From positions 192,001 to 256,000 of the forward strand of contig CAVQUB010000032.1 in NCBI GenBank assembly GCA_963716725.1: DNA of 64,000 nt, given 5' to 3'. A program made the translations under genes and the position numbers. The stretch is from an uncultured delta proteobacterium (lineage in GTDB: Bacteria > Myxococcota_A > Polyangia > Polyangiales > Polyangiaceae). The notes beneath the pieces were generated by a model. The model made no database searches. It was not told where the DNA came from and saw nothing but the letters and a program-made list of their open reading frames with translations. This document shows, one piece after another, positions 42,001 through 51,875 of this stretch (position 1 is the first letter of the stretch; each line of letters begins with the position of its first letter).

Positions 42001-42969
42001 TCAGGCCCGCAAGATGGCTTCGTTCGTGCCCTCTTCGCCGAAGCCGATGGCGGCTGAGGCCAAGCGCTGGTCTGCATCCGGCGCGTCGTAGGCGGCCCGC
42101 CCCACCTGAGTCGTGCCGAGGGACGGGACCAACGCGGCCACGAAGTACTGCTTGATGAAGTACCACCACATGCTCTCGTGCAGCAGGCGCGGATCGATGC
42201 GTTCGACGAACCTCGCGTGGATCTCCGGCAATTTCGTCCAGTGGGCTCCGGCGTTCTCATGGTGTGCTCCATGCAGGCCGTTGTTGAACAAGAAGAAGTT
42301 GGTGAGCCTGCCGACGAAGCTTCGAGAGTGATTGTGATCCGACCAGGGATCGGTGTGGATGTGCTGCACGTAGTTGAAGACCATGATGGTCCAGAGCGCG
42401 AAGACCGCCGGGACCAGGCAGACCAGCGACCACAAGATCAGGCCTTGCCGCGCGCCGTGCAGCCAGATGGCGAGGGCCAGCAGCGTCGCGTGGGTGCCGA
42501 GCCAGACGACGTATTGGATCTGGATGCGCCGGTAGAGCTTCGGGTTTTTGACCTTGGCCTGGCGGATGAAGGAGGCAGTGGGCTCGGACTGAAAGTAGGC
42601 CGAGATGATCGGGTAGGTCACCAACACCAGGAGGGTGTTCTTTTTCGAGTGGCGCCAGGTGATGGTGGCGTCTCCCGCACGGTTCACGAACTTGTGGTGG
42701 TTCAGGTTGTGAGTCGGGATCCAGGCGAAGGTCGGGTAGCCATAGAAGACCGAGATCACGTGGCCGAAGAGCTCGTTCGCGCGCTTGCTCTTGAAGGTCG
42801 GGCAGTGGTTGTGGTTGTGGGCAATGACGCCGCAGGCCAGCGCGAAGTACGCGCTCAGCCAGAACAGATAGGGCGCCCACTCCGGGCGCGCGAACTGCAA
42901 GGCGACGAGTGCGATGGTCAGGCCGACCCACAAGAGCGTACGGACGTCGGCGGCGAAGCGGAGACCCAT
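42001..42969 (-). CDS. Membrane fatty acid desaturase family protein
   Basis: His boxes HNHNH, HNLNHH, HGAHH. Confidence 0.88.
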   Translation of the reverse strand: MGLRFAADVRTLLWVGLTIALVALQFARPEWAPYLFWLSAYFALACGVIAHNHNHCPTFKSKRANELFGHVISVFYGYPTFAWIPTHNLNHHKFVNRAGDATITWRHSKKNTLLVLVTYPIISAYFQSEPTASFIRQAKVKNPKLYRRIQIQYVVWLGTHATLLALAIWLHGARQGLILWSLVCLVPAVFALWTIMVFNYVQHIHTDPWSDHNHSRSFVGRLTNFFLFNNGLHGAHHENAGAHWTKLPEIHARFVERIDPRLLHESMWWYFIKQYFVAALVPSLGTTQVGRAAYDAPDADQRLASAAIGFGEEGTNEAILRA

Positions 42970-43128
42970 GGCTGGCGGAAGTTCGCACAGCTTTCGGGGT
43001 CAGTCCAGCTCGAGATGTTCCCAACGGGGTCACGTCACCCGCCCCCTGCTCGCCTGCGAGCGCCGGCGTAGCCGGGCCGCTGCCGTTCGGGTGTTGCCCG
43101 TGAGTGCCGGGGTCGACCGGGCCGCGGT

Positions 43129-45204
43129 CTACTTCGCAACCAAGATGCGGGAGCTGCGGGCCGGGACGGTGACGGAGGGCCCGGCGACCGGCGTGCTGGT
43201 CAGCAGGTCGTCGTAGCTGCCGTTGGGCACGCCGCTCACCTGCTGGGCGCCGTCGCCGCGGTTGATCAGCACGTACAGCGTGTCGGCGTTGTGTTGCATC
43301 TTGTACGCGAGCGTCTCGGCAGTCGCGGAGATTGCCGTGCGCGAGCCCCGACGGAGAGCCGGGTGGGCCGCCCGAATCGCCGTGAGCTTCTTGACGTGCG
43401 CGAGCAGCGCGCTCTGCCCGCTCGACAGACTCGTCCACTGCATCGGACGCCGGTTGTCGGGATCGCCGCCGCCCGGCATGCCGATCTCGTCGCCGTAGTA
43501 CAGCAGCGGAACGCCGCGCAACGTGAAGATCAGTGTGTAGGCGTTGGCCAGGCGCTCGAAGGCGCTCTGTCCCGCAGGCAGGCTCGGCAGGTTGCTCCAG
43601 GCCTTGTCCTTGCCGTCGGCCCACTCGTCCCCCCAAATGGGCGAGTCTGCGGCGAAGTGGATCGAGCGGGGCACGTCGTGGTTGCCGATGAAGGTGCTCA
43701 TGATGCCGGCCCCGTAGTAGGTCTCGTTGGAGGCCAAGAAGCCCTCGAGATCGGACATCGGCGTGCTGCGGGTCAAGATGGACGACACCGCCTTGGCGCG
43801 CAGCGGGAAGTCGAACTGGCCGTCGAGCATGGTGCTCGGATCGACGTAGTACTTGATGGTGGCCCGGTCGCCGGTGAAGGTCTCGCCCACCATGTAGAAG
43901 TGCTCGCCGCTCGTCACTTCGATCTCCGACTTCACGCGGGCGCGCAGCTCGGTCACCCATGCGTCTTCGATGTGCTTGACCGCGTCGAGACGGTATCCGT
44001 CGATGCCCGTGTCTTTGATCCACCCGATGGCGTTGTCGATGCTGAACTTGCGGGCGGCCGGCTGGGTGAAGTCGAAGTCGGGCAGGTAGTCCCGGAACCA
44101 GCAGCGCTTGCCGTCGGGGCCCTCCCAGCCGCAGCCCTCGCCGCACACACACTTCTTGCCCCCGAAATCCAGCGGCCAGAACCACTCGGGGTGCTGACTG
44201 AAGACCGGCGATGAGCTGTGCACGTGGTTCATCGCGTAGTCGAGGATGACCCGCATGCCCTTGGCGTGGGCCTCGGACACCAGCGCTTTGAGATCGGCCA
44301 GCGTGCCGAAGTGTTCCTCGACCTTGTCGAGATGCTGGGGCCAGTAGCCGTGGTACGCGCTGTATTGGTGGCCATCCGTGCCCCACCCGGCCTGGTTCGG
44401 GTTGTCCATGGGCGCCGTGAGCCAGAGCACGTTGACGCCGATCTCCGTGAAGTAGCCGTCCTGGATCTTCTGGCGCACGCCGGCGTAGTCGCCGCCGTGG
44501 TAGGCCGCGGGTGGATCCACGCCCGCGATCGGGCTGCCGTTGTTCGCGGTGTCGCCGTCCGAGAAGCGATCCACGAAGACGAAGTACAGGACCGCGTCGC
44601 GCCAGTCGAAGGTGCCCGTCACGGGGGGCACGCAGGTGAAGGTCGCGCACTTCTCGGCGGCTAGCACTGAGTTCTCGCCGCCGACGCCGTCGGGGATCTT
44701 GGTCGGGTTCCCGGGATCAGTCACCCAGCTCGTTCCGTCGATGACGAACTTGTATTGGACCTCGGCGTCGTAGGGGATTTCCACGTTGGCCGTCCAGGTG
44801 CTGCCGGACTTCGTTAGCGGTACGCCGACCGTCCAGCCGTCCGTCGCGAAGCTGCCGCGGAGCTCGACGCTCGTTTCGTTGCCCGCGGCGTAGGCGAACT
44901 CGTGCTGACAGCGCTTGAACGCGTCGTCACACTGCGGCGCGCCGCCGGTGCCGGCTGCGCCGCCGGTGCAATTGCCCGAGCTCGCGCCGGCTCCCGTCGA
45001 GGCCCCTTGGCCGCTGGAAGCACCGTCGCCACCCGATGCCCCGTGCCCCGCCGCGGCACAGCCGCCGACTCCTCCGCCGTCCGCGCCAGAGATGCCGGCG
45101 GTTCCCCCGGTGCCGGGGCCCTGCTTGCGGGGCGCCTCGGCCGTCGCGCAAGCGGCCGCTGCCAGCAACGCCACAACCCCAGCGCCCACCATTGTGCGAA
45201 TCAC
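43129..45204 (-). CDS. GH13 alpha-amylase family lipoprotein with glycogen-binding (CBM48-like) domain
   Basis: YKFVIDGTSWVTDP, FVDRFSDGD, YHGYW, RLDAVKH, VGE, GNHD, LYYGDEIG. Confidence 0.92.
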   Translation of the reverse strand: MIRTMVGAGVVALLAAAACATAEAPRKQGPGTGGTAGISGADGGGVGGCAAAGHGASGGDGASSGQGASTGAGASSGNCTGGAAGTGGAPQCDDAFKRCQHEFAYAAGNETSVELRGSFATDGWTVGVPLTKSGSTWTANVEIPYDAEVQYKFVIDGTSWVTDPGNPTKIPDGVGGENSVLAAEKCATFTCVPPVTGTFDWRDAVLYFVFVDRFSDGDTANNGSPIAGVDPPAAYHGGDYAGVRQKIQDGYFTEIGVNVLWLTAPMDNPNQAGWGTDGHQYSAYHGYWPQHLDKVEEHFGTLADLKALVSEAHAKGMRVILDYAMNHVHSSSPVFSQHPEWFWPLDFGGKKCVCGEGCGWEGPDGKRCWFRDYLPDFDFTQPAARKFSIDNAIGWIKDTGIDGYRLDAVKHIEDAWVTELRARVKSEIEVTSGEHFYMVGETFTGDRATIKYYVDPSTMLDGQFDFPLRAKAVSSILTRSTPMSDLEGFLASNETYYGAGIMSTFIGNHDVPRSIHFAADSPIWGDEWADGKDKAWSNLPSLPAGQSAFERLANAYTLIFTLRGVPLLYYGDEIGMPGGGDPDNRRPMQWTSLSSGQSALLAHVKKLTAIRAAHPALRRGSRTAISATAETLAYKMQHNADTLYVLINRGDGAQQVSGVPNGSYDDLLTSTPVAGPSVTVPARSSRILVAK

Positions 45205-45308
45205 GCCCGAGGCCTAGCGTTCGGCGCCTGCTGGCGCAAGCGCGGGCGCCAACGCCAGCGCCAACGCCGATGCAGAGCTGGTGCCAGCGTCGGTCACCGC
45301 GCTGACGC

Positions 45309-45767
45309 TCAGAAGGGCTTGAAGGTCATCAGATAGAGGATCACCAGGATCCCAACGGTCTCGACCCAGGCCAGCACCAGACCCCGGGGTGATCGCAGCA
45401 GGGCTGTGAGCTCGGCTCGATCCGGGGGGTCGCTCTCGGCCGCTCGTCGCAGCGCCTTGAAGTAGGGCACGGCGATGGGAAAAGCCGCGGCAAAGAGCAC
45501 CACGAACAACACGAGCGAGGTCCAGATCCAACCGCTGGACCACCACTTTCCGTGAAAACCTGCGCCGATGCCCCCGAGCAGCAGCAACGTGAACGAACCG
45601 TGCATCACGCCGCGGGTGGAGCGGGACAGATCCAGGTAGGCACGGACGCGGGAGGGGTCGGTCTCCTTGCGGAGCTTGAAGGTGATTGCAGCCGTGGCTC
45701 CGTGCGCTCCGACGAAGCCGAAGGCCCCGAGCAAATGCACGAATCGCTCGATCAAGTACGCGTTCAT
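45309..45767 (-). CDS. Small 4-TM membrane protein (DUF2269-like)
   Basis: FVHLLGAFGFVG N-terminus, C-terminal YLMTFKPF. Confidence 0.7.
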   Translation of the reverse strand: MNAYLIERFVHLLGAFGFVGAHGATAAITFKLRKETDPSRVRAYLDLSRSTRGVMHGSFTLLLLGGIGAGFHGKWWSSGWIWTSLVLFVVLFAAAFPIAVPYFKALRRAAESDPPDRAELTALLRSPRGLVLAWVETVGILVILYLMTFKPF

Positions 45768-46105
45768 CGCGCGGCGGAGCCTAGGGCAAGGGGACCCTCA
45801 CCGGAAGTGCGTCGCTGGCAAGCTCGGTGGGGAAGGTGAGGGCCACTCGGGCGTAGGACCCGCCGTGAATTCGGCCAACGCGATGGTATTGGTCGGCGCC
45901 GGGCTGGTGGCGCCGGCCGCCGGTGCGCTCTGGATCCGCACCGCGGGCGATGCTGCGGCCGCGCTTTCGGCAGCGCTACTCTCGGGCCTCGCGGTGCTCC
46001 TGCTCGGTGGTTGGCTCAGCGCCCGGCGGGTCCAGGCCTGAAGCGCGCCCCGCGAAGGCGCCCTCGACCCTGGCATTTGCGCGAGTGCCTCGTATGCTGC
46101 GCCGC

Positions 46106-47698
46106 ATGCGACGTGCGGTGTGGGTCCTGGGGATAGCGCTGTCTTCCGTTCAGCTCGCGGTCGCTTGCGGGGGCTCTTCGGACGACGACGGGGGCAGCGG
46201 CGGCAAGGCGACCGGCGGCGCGGCGGGGAGCGGCGGCAGCGCCACGAGCGGGGGAGGCGTGGGCGGCGGAAGCGGCGGAACGAGCCCCAGCGGCGGCGCA
46301 AGCGGCGCGGCCGGTAACGGCGGTTCAGCCGGAGTCGACGCCAGCAGTGGCGGCAGCGACGCGGGCACCGACGCCTCGCCAGACAGCTCGATCGACGCGC
46401 CCGTCGACGCGGTGTCCGACGCCACGGCCACCGAGATCGACTTCGACCCCACGACCATCACAGAGAGCGCGAGCGCCTTCCCCTCGGGGATCCAGGCCGG
46501 AGACGTCACTTGGGGTGGAGCGATGATCTGGACCTACTACGCGGGTACGTCGCCGCTCGTGCTGAGGATCTACAAGGCCGGCACCGCGGGCAAGGTGTCG
46601 CTCTATCATGAGAGCACGGTCACGCCGTCGGCCGACGGTTACGTTCACGTCGACGTGCCGGCGTTGCCGCCGCACAGCGAGCTCTTCTACGTCTTCCTCC
46701 AAGGCGCCGCGCCGGCGTTCAGCGGCCGCAGCGCCGTCGGCCGCCTCGTGACAGCGCCCATGCCGGGCCAGAAACCCATCGCGCGCTTCGGCGGCACCTC
46801 GTGTGCCGACAACTCCAAGGCACCCTTCCCGGCCCTCGAGAAGGCCGGCGCCGAGAAGTTCGACTTCTTCATCCTGGCGGGAGACACGACCTACAACGAC
46901 TCCGCCACCACCCTCAGTCAGTACCGCGCGAAATGGCTGGGTCAGGTCGGGCAATCGACGTATCGCTCGCTGCTGTCGAGCACGGGCAACTTCGCGACCT
47001 GGGACGACCACGAGGTCGCCAACGACTGGAACCCCGAGACCATCGACAAGACGCGCCTCGCCAACGCGACCCAGGCGTTCTTCGAACATCTGCCGGTCCG
47101 AAGGCATACGAGCGAGGCCAATCGGATCTGGCGCAGCGCTTCGTGGGGCGACACGCTGGAGATCTTCGTGCTCGACTCGAGGAGCGAGCGCAAGCCGTCG
47201 ACCGCTTCGGGACCCAACGCGCAGTACCTGTCACCAGCGCAGCTGAGCTGGCTCCAGAGCGGGCTCGTCGCCAGCACGGCGACGTTCAAGATCATCGTCA
47301 CGTCGGTGCCAATCACCAACATGCCGGCGCTCTGGGATCTCTACGCAGCCGATCGCTGGGAGGGCTATCCCGCGCAGCGCAAGAAGCTCCTTGATCACAT
47401 CACCAGCCAGAACATCAAGGGCGTGCTGTTCGTCTCTGGTGACTTTCACCTGGGTGCCTCCGCGGCCGTGGAGCCGAGCGGTCCAGGATCCGCGCTGCGC
47501 GAAGTGTTGATGGGGCCCGCAGGTCAGTCCGGGAACCCCCTCGTCGCCACGCTGCCGGCGTCGCAGTTCGAGTTCAAGACGGGTACCAACAACTACGTGT
47601 CCTTCGTCGCCGATCCCAACGCGTCCCCGCCGACGATCCAGGTGACCTTCATCGACGGGGATGCGAAGAAGCTCTTCGAGAAGACCTACGCGTTCTAG
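46106..47698 (+). CDS. phoD: Alkaline phosphatase D (PhoD) family lipoprotein
   Basis: FPSGIQAGD, GDTTYND, WDDHE, LDSRSER, DRWEGY, SGDFH; lipobox AVAC. Confidence 0.88.
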   Translation: MRRAVWVLGIALSSVQLAVACGGSSDDDGGSGGKATGGAAGSGGSATSGGGVGGGSGGTSPSGGASGAAGNGGSAGVDASSGGSDAGTDASPDSSIDAPVDAVSDATATEIDFDPTTITESASAFPSGIQAGDVTWGGAMIWTYYAGTSPLVLRIYKAGTAGKVSLYHESTVTPSADGYVHVDVPALPPHSELFYVFLQGAAPAFSGRSAVGRLVTAPMPGQKPIARFGGTSCADNSKAPFPALEKAGAEKFDFFILAGDTTYNDSATTLSQYRAKWLGQVGQSTYRSLLSSTGNFATWDDHEVANDWNPETIDKTRLANATQAFFEHLPVRRHTSEANRIWRSASWGDTLEIFVLDSRSERKPSTASGPNAQYLSPAQLSWLQSGLVASTATFKIIVTSVPITNMPALWDLYAADRWEGYPAQRKKLLDHITSQNIKGVLFVSGDFHLGASAAVEPSGPGSALREVLMGPAGQSGNPLVATLPASQFEFKTGTNNYVSFVADPNASPPTIQVTFIDGDAKKLFEKTYAF

Positions 47699-47924
47699 CT
47701 GAGCTCAGCGCAGCGGCCGGCCCGCGGAGAAAGTCGAATCCGTGGCCAAGATCGTGATGCCGTCGATCAGCGGCCAGAAGAGGGCCCGTAGCCCGGAGCT
47801 CCTTGTGGCGGACCGTACCCGCCCGGTGGTTGGCCTTGCACCTCCGCAGCCTATCCGAGCGCATGACTGGCGACCCGGACCTTTTTCGGTGACACCGCGC
47901 CTGGTCGAGACGAACCTCCGTCGT

Positions 47925-48542
47925 ATGGCATCCGGGCTGCACCTCGCTCGCCTGCGTTGCACTGCCTGCGGTGAGTGCTGCCGCGTGGTGCATGTTCCGC
48001 TCACCTTCGCTGATCTGTCGCGGCTGTGTCAGGCGCGCGCGCTCGACCCCAACACGGTCATCGAATGGGCCAGCCTCGAAGAGGTGGACTTCAGCGGCGA
48101 GCCGAGCAATCTGGTGCTCTTGCCCCAGGGCTACCGCGTGATGTTCTTGCGTCGGGTAGAAGGCGCGTGTCGCTTCTTGGACCCTGCGTCCCGATGCGCG
48201 GTGCACGAGGCGCGCCCCGCCGCGTGTCGCGCCTACCCGCTGCATGCGAGCTTCTCCAAGCGGGGCGGGCTGGTGCGACTGCGGCTCCTGCGAGGCGTCG
48301 ATTGTCCCTACCAGATGGAGGCGGAGTCGGCGCTCTCGCGGGTGCGTCACGACCACGCCCAGCTCGCACGAGAGCTGCACCAACACTACGCCGCGGTGGC
48401 CACCTGGAATCGGAGCCAGGGGCACCGGCGGCGCCTGGGCAAGCCGCTGGCCTCCGCGACTCAGCTCTTCGCGCGGGTGCTCGGCGCTCCGCCGCAGCCG
48501 CTGGGGACGAACCGCGTCCGAGCCCCGCACCCCGAACCGTAG
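47925..48542 (+). CDS. YkgJ-family cysteine-cluster protein
   Basis: CTACGECC...CRFL...CAVHEARPAACRAYP. Confidence 0.85.
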   Translation: MASGLHLARLRCTACGECCRVVHVPLTFADLSRLCQARALDPNTVIEWASLEEVDFSGEPSNLVLLPQGYRVMFLRRVEGACRFLDPASRCAVHEARPAACRAYPLHASFSKRGGLVRLRLLRGVDCPYQMEAESALSRVRHDHAQLARELHQHYAAVATWNRSQGHRRRLGKPLASATQLFARVLGAPPQPLGTNRVRAPHPEP

Positions 48543-48590
48543 GCGGTTCTCGTTTTGTCAGCCCCCGGCGGCGTGGCAGGCTCGAGGGCC

Positions 48591-49226
48591 ATGTCCGTCG
48601 CAGCCGTCATCGACCGTATCCGACGCCATCGCGCGGTGGCGATCTTGCGAACCAGCGATGAAACGCGGGTGCGGCCCGCGATCGACGCCGCGCGGCGCGG
48701 TGGCTTTTGCAGCATCGAGATCACCCTGAACACGCCGGGGGCCCTCGATGCGATCGCTCGACTTGCCGAAGATCCCGAGGTCTTGGTGGGCGCTGGCACG
48801 GTGCTCGAGGTGGACGACGCGCGACGCGCCGTCGATCATGGCGCGCGCTTCTTGGTGTCGCCGGTGGTCGACGTACAGGTGATCCGCGTGGCGAGCGAGC
48901 TCGGCGCGGTCATGATCCCCGGGGCGTTCACCCCCACCGAGATGCTCGCGGCGCATCGCGCTGGAGCGCCGTTGCAGAAGCTGTTCCCGGCTCCGCCCGA
49001 AGGGCCGGACTACGTTCGCGCTTGCCTCGGCCCGTTGCCCTTCTTGCGCATCATGCCCACCAGTGGCGTGACCCTGGAGAACGCCCGCGCGTTTTTGCAA
49101 GCGGGCGCCTTCGCGGTGGGGTTCGTGCGATCGCTGTTCGACCCCGCCGATCTCGAAGGGTCGCGGTTCGACCGGATCGAAGAGCGCGCCCGCGCCATCA
49201 CCGAGCACCTGCGCGAGGCCCCGTAG
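48591..49226 (+). CDS. eda: KDPG/KHG aldolase
   Basis: AILR, IEIT, VGAGTVL, GARFLVSP, TPTE, Schiff-base KLFP, MPTSGV. Confidence 0.88.
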   Translation: MSVAAVIDRIRRHRAVAILRTSDETRVRPAIDAARRGGFCSIEITLNTPGALDAIARLAEDPEVLVGAGTVLEVDDARRAVDHGARFLVSPVVDVQVIRVASELGAVMIPGAFTPTEMLAAHRAGAPLQKLFPAPPEGPDYVRACLGPLPFLRIMPTSGVTLENARAFLQAGAFAVGFVRSLFDPADLEGSRFDRIEERARAITEHLREAP

Positions 49227-50582
49227 TCAGGGTTTGTTCTTCAGAACCCCGCGCACGATCTGGTAGCCGATGCTGAGAGCCAGATCCGAGCCACCGGTCG
49301 GATCGCTCGGAATGTCGCGACTCACGCCCAGATGGGTGCCCGCGCCGGCTTCGCCGGCGCCAGCGTCGGTAGGCACGGCTCCAGCGTCCACCGGCCTGCT
49401 GCCGCTTCCGGGCGCCCCCTCCGCTGGCAGGTGGTTCTCGAGATCCGACTCGCGGATCACGCCGAAGGTCTTGTCGGCGACGTACGCGGCCTCGACCAAC
49501 ACGTCCGGCTCTACGCCTCGCGCCTGAATCGCGCGGCCGTTCGGCGTGTAGTAGCGCATCGTCGTGAGTCGGAGTCCCGCCCGGCCCGGCAGGTCGATCA
49601 GCGTCTGCACCGAGCCCTTGCCGAAGGTCTTGGCGCCGACGACGGTGCCGCGGCGGTTGTCTTGCAAGGCGCCGGCGACGAGCTCCGCGGCGCTCGCGCT
49701 GTATTCGTTGACCAGCACCACGAGGGGTCCCCGGCGCAGCACCCCGCCCGGGCCCGCCTTCACCTCGTCCACCACCCGCTCGCGGTGCCGAGTCGTGAAG
49801 ATGACGCCGTGAACCAGGAACTCGTCGGCGATCGCGGTCGCTTCGTCGACCAGTCCGCCCGGATTGTTGCGCAGGTCGAGGATCACGCCCGACAGTTCGG
49901 AGCCGTTTTCTTTACGCAGCTTCGCGGCGGCCTCGAGCAGCTCGTCGTGGGTGCCCGACTGAAACTGCTTCAAGCGCAGATAGCCGATGCCATCATCGAG
50001 AAGCCTGTGCGCGACGCTCGCCACCTCGATGATCTCGCGAGAGAGCGTGAAGTGCAGGACCGCGTCCTTGCCCGCACGCTTGATGGTGAGCACGACCTTG
50101 GAGCCCGGTGCCCCGCGCATGGTGCGGATGAGGTCGTCCGGACTGCGGTCGGCCACGCTCTTGTTGTCGATGGCTATGATGTGGTCACCGGAGCGGACGC
50201 CCGCGCGCTCCGCGGGTGAACCTTCGATGGGAGCGATCACCATCACGTAGTCGTCGCGGAAGTCGACTTCGACGCCCACCCCGCCGAATTTGCCCTCGGT
50301 GTCGGACTGGAAAATCGACCAGTCCTGCGGCGGCAGGTAGCCTGAATGAGGATCCAGCTCCCCCACCATGCCCTTGATCGCGCCTTCGACGAGGCGCCGT
50401 CGGTCCACGGGCTCGACGTATTCGTTCTCGATCAAGACCAACGCGCGCCCGAGTTGTTCGAGCATGTCGTAGGGGCTCTCGCGGGCGGGGGTGGCCGTCG
50501 CCAAATGAGCCGAGAGCGCGCCCCCGGCAAAGGCGGCGGCGGTCGTGAGCGCAAAGCGGAGCGCGGGTCGGGGCTGAGGCAT
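49227..50582 (-). CDS. ctpA: C-terminal processing protease, S41 family (PDZ)
   Basis: LDPHS, DLRNNPGG, SASAAE, TFGKGSVQ, YYTPNG. Confidence 0.93.
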   Translation of the reverse strand: MPQPRPALRFALTTAAAFAGGALSAHLATATPARESPYDMLEQLGRALVLIENEYVEPVDRRRLVEGAIKGMVGELDPHSGYLPPQDWSIFQSDTEGKFGGVGVEVDFRDDYVMVIAPIEGSPAERAGVRSGDHIIAIDNKSVADRSPDDLIRTMRGAPGSKVVLTIKRAGKDAVLHFTLSREIIEVASVAHRLLDDGIGYLRLKQFQSGTHDELLEAAAKLRKENGSELSGVILDLRNNPGGLVDEATAIADEFLVHGVIFTTRHRERVVDEVKAGPGGVLRRGPLVVLVNEYSASAAELVAGALQDNRRGTVVGAKTFGKGSVQTLIDLPGRAGLRLTTMRYYTPNGRAIQARGVEPDVLVEAAYVADKTFGVIRESDLENHLPAEGAPGSGSRPVDAGAVPTDAGAGEAGAGTHLGVSRDIPSDPTGGSDLALSIGYQIVRGVLKNKP

Positions 50583-50679
50583 GCCAGCGAGGATAGAGCC
50601 CGCGGATGAGGAAATGCCCTGGCCATCTCCTCGCGGCCGGCAGAAAGCGCGGTGCTTCGGCGCTACCCGTTCAAATTCG

Positions 50680-50709
50680 TTGATTTTATTCGGCTGTGGG
50701 TGCTACTCC
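50680..50709 (+). promoter_or_regulatory. Possible sigma70-type promoter in AT-rich intergenic patch
   Basis: TTGATT (50680) - 18 nt - TACTCC with TG extension, upstream of the TIGR04563-type gene. Confidence 0.3.
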
Positions 50710-50788
50710 CCTAGGAGCGTGCTTCTGGTGACACTCCCTTACAGGGCACCAGAGAGCGCGAGACGTTTTTCCCCTACGAGGTCCCAGC

Positions 50789-51001
50789 GTGGCTGACGAG
50801 AACAAGGGCGGCAGCGACAAGCGCAAACAAAGCCTCTATTTCCCCGAGGCGATGTTGCAGGAGATCAAAGACGAGGCCGCGCGGCTCGACCGCTCGCTCT
50901 CTTGGGTCGTCCAACGCGCGTGGAAAATGGCTCGCGTCGAGATCAAGAAGATCCCGAGTGTCAACGACATCGGGGACGAAGAAGACGCCGACGCCGGCTG
51001 A
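50789..51001 (+). CDS. Myxobacterial small ribbon-helix-helix protein (TIGR04563 family)
   Basis: SDKRKQSLYFPEAMLQEI...DRSLSWVVQRAWK...IPSVND. Confidence 0.88.
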   Translation: MADENKGGSDKRKQSLYFPEAMLQEIKDEAARLDRSLSWVVQRAWKMARVEIKKIPSVNDIGDEEDADAG

Positions 51002-51875
51002 GACTCGGGTCACCGAGTCCGCGGCGCTGGGTTCGGACGGAACGCGCCTGTACGTGCGTCGCCGTGGCGGCCCCGGAGCAACCACGTTGCTCCTGTCCGA
51101 CGGCATCTGCTGCGACGGTTTCATCTACAAATATCTCTGGGACGACCTGGCGCGAGTTGGGCCGGTCGCACATTGGAACTACCGGGGCCACGGGCGTAGC
51201 GCGAACCCAGCCGACTCCGAGCAGATCGGGGTCCGGGCTCACGTTGCGGATCTCGACGCAGTTCGCCGCCACCTCGGGGATCCGCCGGTGGTGCTCGTCG
51301 GGCACTCGTTCGGCACTCAGGTTTCGCTCGAAGCATACCGGCTCCGGCCGGAGGGCATCCGCGGCATAGTGCTGCTCTGCGGCAGCTATGGCCGAGTGAC
51401 GCACACGTTCAAGAACAGCGACGTGTTGGCCAATGTCTTGCCGAAGCTCTCGGAGCTCGCGACCAAGCACCCCCGCCTCACTCGAGCGCTCTGGTCACGG
51501 GTGCCGCCCAAGACCGCCTTGCGGGTCGCGCTCTTCACCGGCGACATCGATCCGCGCACCGTCAACCCAGCGGACGTCGAGCCCTATTTCCACCACGCCG
51601 CTCACGTGGATTTCCCCATGTTTGCGCGCATGCTCGCCGCAGCGGGCGAGCACTCCGCAGAAGATGTGCTGCCGACCGTTGACGTTCCGGTGCTGGTCAT
51701 CGCCGGCGATCGCGACTCCTTCACGCCGCCGGACCTTTCCCGCACCATGGTCGAGGCCATGCCGAGGGCCGAACTCGTCATGCTTTCCGGCGGCACACAC
51801 GTCGCGCCGCTCGAGCACCACGAGCTGGTGAGCCTGCGCATCGAGAAGTTCTTGACGGACCACGGACTGGCATGA
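50958..51875 (+). CDS. Alpha/beta-fold hydrolase
   Basis: WNYRGHGRS, GHSFG nucleophile elbow, GDRD, GGTH; start uncertain. Confidence 0.88.
   Translation: MSTTSGTKKTPTPAETRVTESAALGSDGTRLYVRRRGGPGATTLLLSDGICCDGFIYKYLWDDLARVGPVAHWNYRGHGRSANPADSEQIGVRAHVADLDAVRRHLGDPPVVLVGHSFGTQVSLEAYRLRPEGIRGIVLLCGSYGRVTHTFKNSDVLANVLPKLSELATKHPRLTRALWSRVPPKTALRVALFTGDIDPRTVNPADVEPYFHHAAHVDFPMFARMLAAAGEHSAEDVLPTVDVPVLVIAGDRDSFTPPDLSRTMVEAMPRAELVMLSGGTHVAPLEHHELVSLRIEKFLTDHGLA

Noticed and set aside
45240..45275. Short repeat gcgccaacgcca in the gap upstream of the amylase gene
   Set aside because: Only two imperfect copies and not seen elsewhere in the window.
47705..47920. Minus-strand peptide ending FWPLIDGITIL, faintly Trm112-like
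   Set aside because: No clear start, no matching Cys pattern; too weak to call.
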